NCBI RefSeq assembly: GCF_021028975.2
Contig: NC_059427.1
Location: 107,880,001 to 107,944,000, forward strand
DNA length: 64,000 bases
DNA from: Sphaerodactylus townsendi
Lineage: Eukaryota
Direction of reading: 5' to 3'
A program made the translations under genes and the position numbers. The notes beneath the pieces are model-generated. The model saw only the letters and a list, made by a program, of their open reading frames with translations, ran no database searches and was not told the DNA's origin. Shown in pieces: positions 61,280 to 64,000 of this stretch (the first letter of the stretch is position 1; every line of letters starts with the position of its first letter).

Positions 61280-61830
61280 CACATGGGTAGCTGCATTATT
61301 CCACAGCAGCAAAATAGAACAGGAATCTGGTGGCAAAGACTAACAATGTTTATTCCAGAATAAACTTTTGTGCATCAGGGCTCACTTCATTACATGCACT
61401 GAAGGGTACATGCATTAGGTGGGTGCTTTTATATTCACAACACAAGAATAGGGGGAATGGGGGCACTGATGTTTATTTTTATTGGATCTTGTTTTAAACT
61501 GGCTTCTCCTTCACCCCCTTGGGAATACAAAAGCATACACCTAATGGATATACACTCCAATCCATCTTATGAAGTGAGCTGTGACTCATGACAGCTTGTG
61601 TGTGCAAAGTGCCCTCAAGTCACAGCTGACTTACGGTAAACCCCAGCAAGGGGCTTTTAAAGCAATTAAGCAGAGGTGGTTTGCCATTGCTTTCCTCTGC
61701 CAAGTCTTCCTTAGAGGTCTCCCTTCCAAGTACTGGCCCTGCTTTGCTTTCAAGATCTGATAAGATCTTGTTGCCTAATGCTGGAATAAAGGTTGTTAAG
61801 CCTTTAAATGTCTCTATAGTTCTATTTTAT
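61280..61830. mobile_element. Degenerate inverted pair of second-family Penelope pLTRs, right arm interrupted by a 5S-derived SINE
   Basis: Reverse arm at about 61280-61400 (GACTAACAATGTTTATTCCAG...GCTCACTTCAT); forward arm ATGAAGTGAGCTGTGACTCATGACAGCTT resumes as ATGCTGGAATAAA at about 61778. Confidence 0.5.
61598..61775 (-). mobile_element. 5S rRNA-derived SINE
   Basis: Minus strand GATCTTATCAGATCTTGAAAGCAAAGCAGGGCCAGTACTTGGAAGGGAGACC, followed by GGCAAACCACCTCTG and an RTE-like tail. Confidence 0.65.
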
Positions 61831-63097
61831 TTGGCTTGGCGACAGAGGCAGTAGTCAGATCATGATACATTGATGGATTGGCTCTTACAGATCCATTCTG
61901 CTAATATCAGTTTTCCCTCCTTCCCCTAACGTAAGATTCTCTTCAGTCGCCAAAAATTAAAGCTCATTAGACACAAGATTATTGCATGCAGTGTGATAAT
62001 AAGGCCTTTTTGCTCCACACAACACTGTCTTGAGTCTCCTCAAATGTAACCACACTGATCTACACTAAGCCAAATATAGTGAACCTTTTAAATACTGGAC
62101 ACATTAACACAAGTGGTAGGATCTTGATATCCCATTTCTAAACACATTACAATTAATAGGCTTCAGTGGAACTTTCTTTTAAGTACATGTGGTAAATGTG
62201 CAGTGGATTGCACTTGAGTCATTAATACAGATGGTAGATGGTTAACAGTTTTGTCAAACACATAAGCAGCTGTTTCTAATAAACAGATCATGTTCTTTTG
62301 TTCTCTTGCTCCAGTGATGCCTTTCTTCTGTCTCCAAAAAACTATAGTCCATTAGACAAGATATTATCATACATTGTGATGAGGTATTTCTCGCTCAAAA
62401 AAAAGAAAAATACCCTATCTTGCGCCTCCTCAGATGTAACGAGAGCAAACAAAACTCCATTTTCGTATCTGGGCCATAATCAAGGGCACGATGCCTAGGG
62501 GCCCAGGGAGCAGGGAATATATTTACTAGTTGCTCTTTTATTGAGCTGGGAGGGAGGGCAGGAGAGTGATCTGGGTGAATCATAATCTTTCAAGCTAATT
62601 TACCTCAAAGGGTTGTTTTGAGGATAAAATGGCCCTGAGATCCCAGGGGAAAAGTACAGGATAATGATGAGGAACAGAATAAGGGGGGAAATGTTCCACA
62701 CATAATCAGTGATTATTTTATTTATGTCAACAGAAAGTCATATGATTTGTTTTCATACAATGTGTGGACTAGGTAGCATGACAAGGGGCAGAGGTGGGGT
62801 CCCATGATGATAGCCCCACCTTGGCATATTATAACTAGAGGTTAATTTTTAAGAGGGTGCTGTGGCTGAAGTCCTTCCTTGTAGCACACAATGTGTGGAA
62901 GCCAATTATATTTATTCAGCAATTAACAAAAGGCTCTCTATGAATCTGCTTATTTCTTCATTATTTTACATGTCCCTAGACTGGGCTCTGGAATGAAAGA
63001 AAAGGGCCTAGATAAGTCCATGGACAAACCAGAGAGAAGCAATATGTTATGAAACAAGTGGTGCCATTTTCCCTTTATCCATCTGCACTATTTACAC

Positions 63098-63606
63098 CAG
63101 GGGTCGGAAACCTTTACCACCCAAAAAGCCATTTGGCCCCTTTTTCCATGGCCCCGAAGATCTACTGAGCCGGAGAGGAGGCTCCACTTGGAGCCACCTC
63201 CAGTTCAGCTCCTCCACTCACCTTTCCTTCCAGTGCTGGAATGTGGGAGGCAGTGCCGCCGGGCAGGGAAACCCCCTGTGCCCGACGGAGCAGGCAGCTG
63301 CCTGCTCCGTGGGGCAGAGGGGAATGGTGGTTGCAGGGATGGCAGAGGGGGGATGGCAGCTGCTCTGGGGGGATTCATCCACGATACCCTTCAACCTCCA
63401 GGGGTCGGAGGGCAGCGTGGGTGTGTCCCTCCAGCCTTTCAGAGCAGTGCTGGGAGTGGAGGGGACTTGAAAAGCGGCGGCCTTGTGCACGGAGCCACCT
63501 CCGGTTCTGCCCCTTCACTCACCTTTCCTTCCAGCGCTGCTCCTCGACCTCCAGGCCACATGGAGCCGCAGTATAAGGCTGAAAGAGCCGCAGGTTGCAG
63601 ACCCTG
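63098..63606. mobile_element. Non-autonomous hAT element related to 11403-11811
   Basis: CAGGGGTCGGAAACCT / AGGTTGCAGACCCTG; TSD ATTTACAC/GTTTACAC; shares AGCCATTTGG.CCC.TTTTCCATGG with the 11.4 kb copy. Confidence 0.8.
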
Positions 63607-64000
63607 GTTTACACATAGGCCAAAGTGACAGATTGGGAGAATGTACATTGGCAGACCTCTTCCTGGCTCACTTCATATACATGCACCTTCCCCACCCATT
63701 GCCTTTCCAGTGCCTCCTCAGGGAAAGCTGCCTTAGCTCTTGGTAGCTCTACTGCTACTGCACTAGCTCAGGCTCCACAAACTCTCCCTCTAGTCCCTGC
63801 ATTACAATCCCACATCTTGATGTAAATCCAGACTTAGTTATGTGCAGAGAGACTGTTTAAATAGGGGTGGTTCTACTGTGTAGAACTAAAGCATGGGGAA
63901 ACAGAGGTGGGGGGAACAGACTTCAGAGGAAAGGAAACCACAATACTACAGGTGAGGCTGTATTATTAAGACTAATGATGCAGATACCGTGAAGAAATCT

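Overview
This is vertebrate genomic DNA, most likely from a squamate reptile and probably a gecko, judging from its Penelope-like, Sauria-type SINE, Bov-B, CR1 and L2 repeats. It carries the conserved block RTBDN(+), RNASEH2A(-), PRDX2(+), JUNB(-), the same gene order as human 19p13. All four coding sequences could be assembled by hand with GT-AG junctions and consistent phase: a 262-aa retbindin/riboflavin-binding-like protein, 300-aa RNase H2A, 198-aa peroxiredoxin 2 and intronless 308-aa JunB. RNASEH2A and PRDX2 share a divergent CpG-rich promoter. JUNB has a compact 3' enhancer with NF-kB, STAT, CRE and SRF motifs. The most unusual signal is a set of Penelope-derived repeats carrying minimal type I hammerhead ribozyme motifs. 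One intact motif lies sense-oriented in PRDX2 intron 1, and two more copies form long fold-back palindromes in PRDX2 introns 2 and 5. Other points of interest are the avian-RBP-like retbindin (18 Cys, flavin-stacking Tyr/Trp, and a possible processed tail ending in EGSGSG), a natural Ser-to-Ala change at the c-Jun S73-equivalent site of JunB, and an unexplained CpG-rich segment between direct repeats. Repeat family names and comparisons with human or chicken proteins are from recall, not from database searches.
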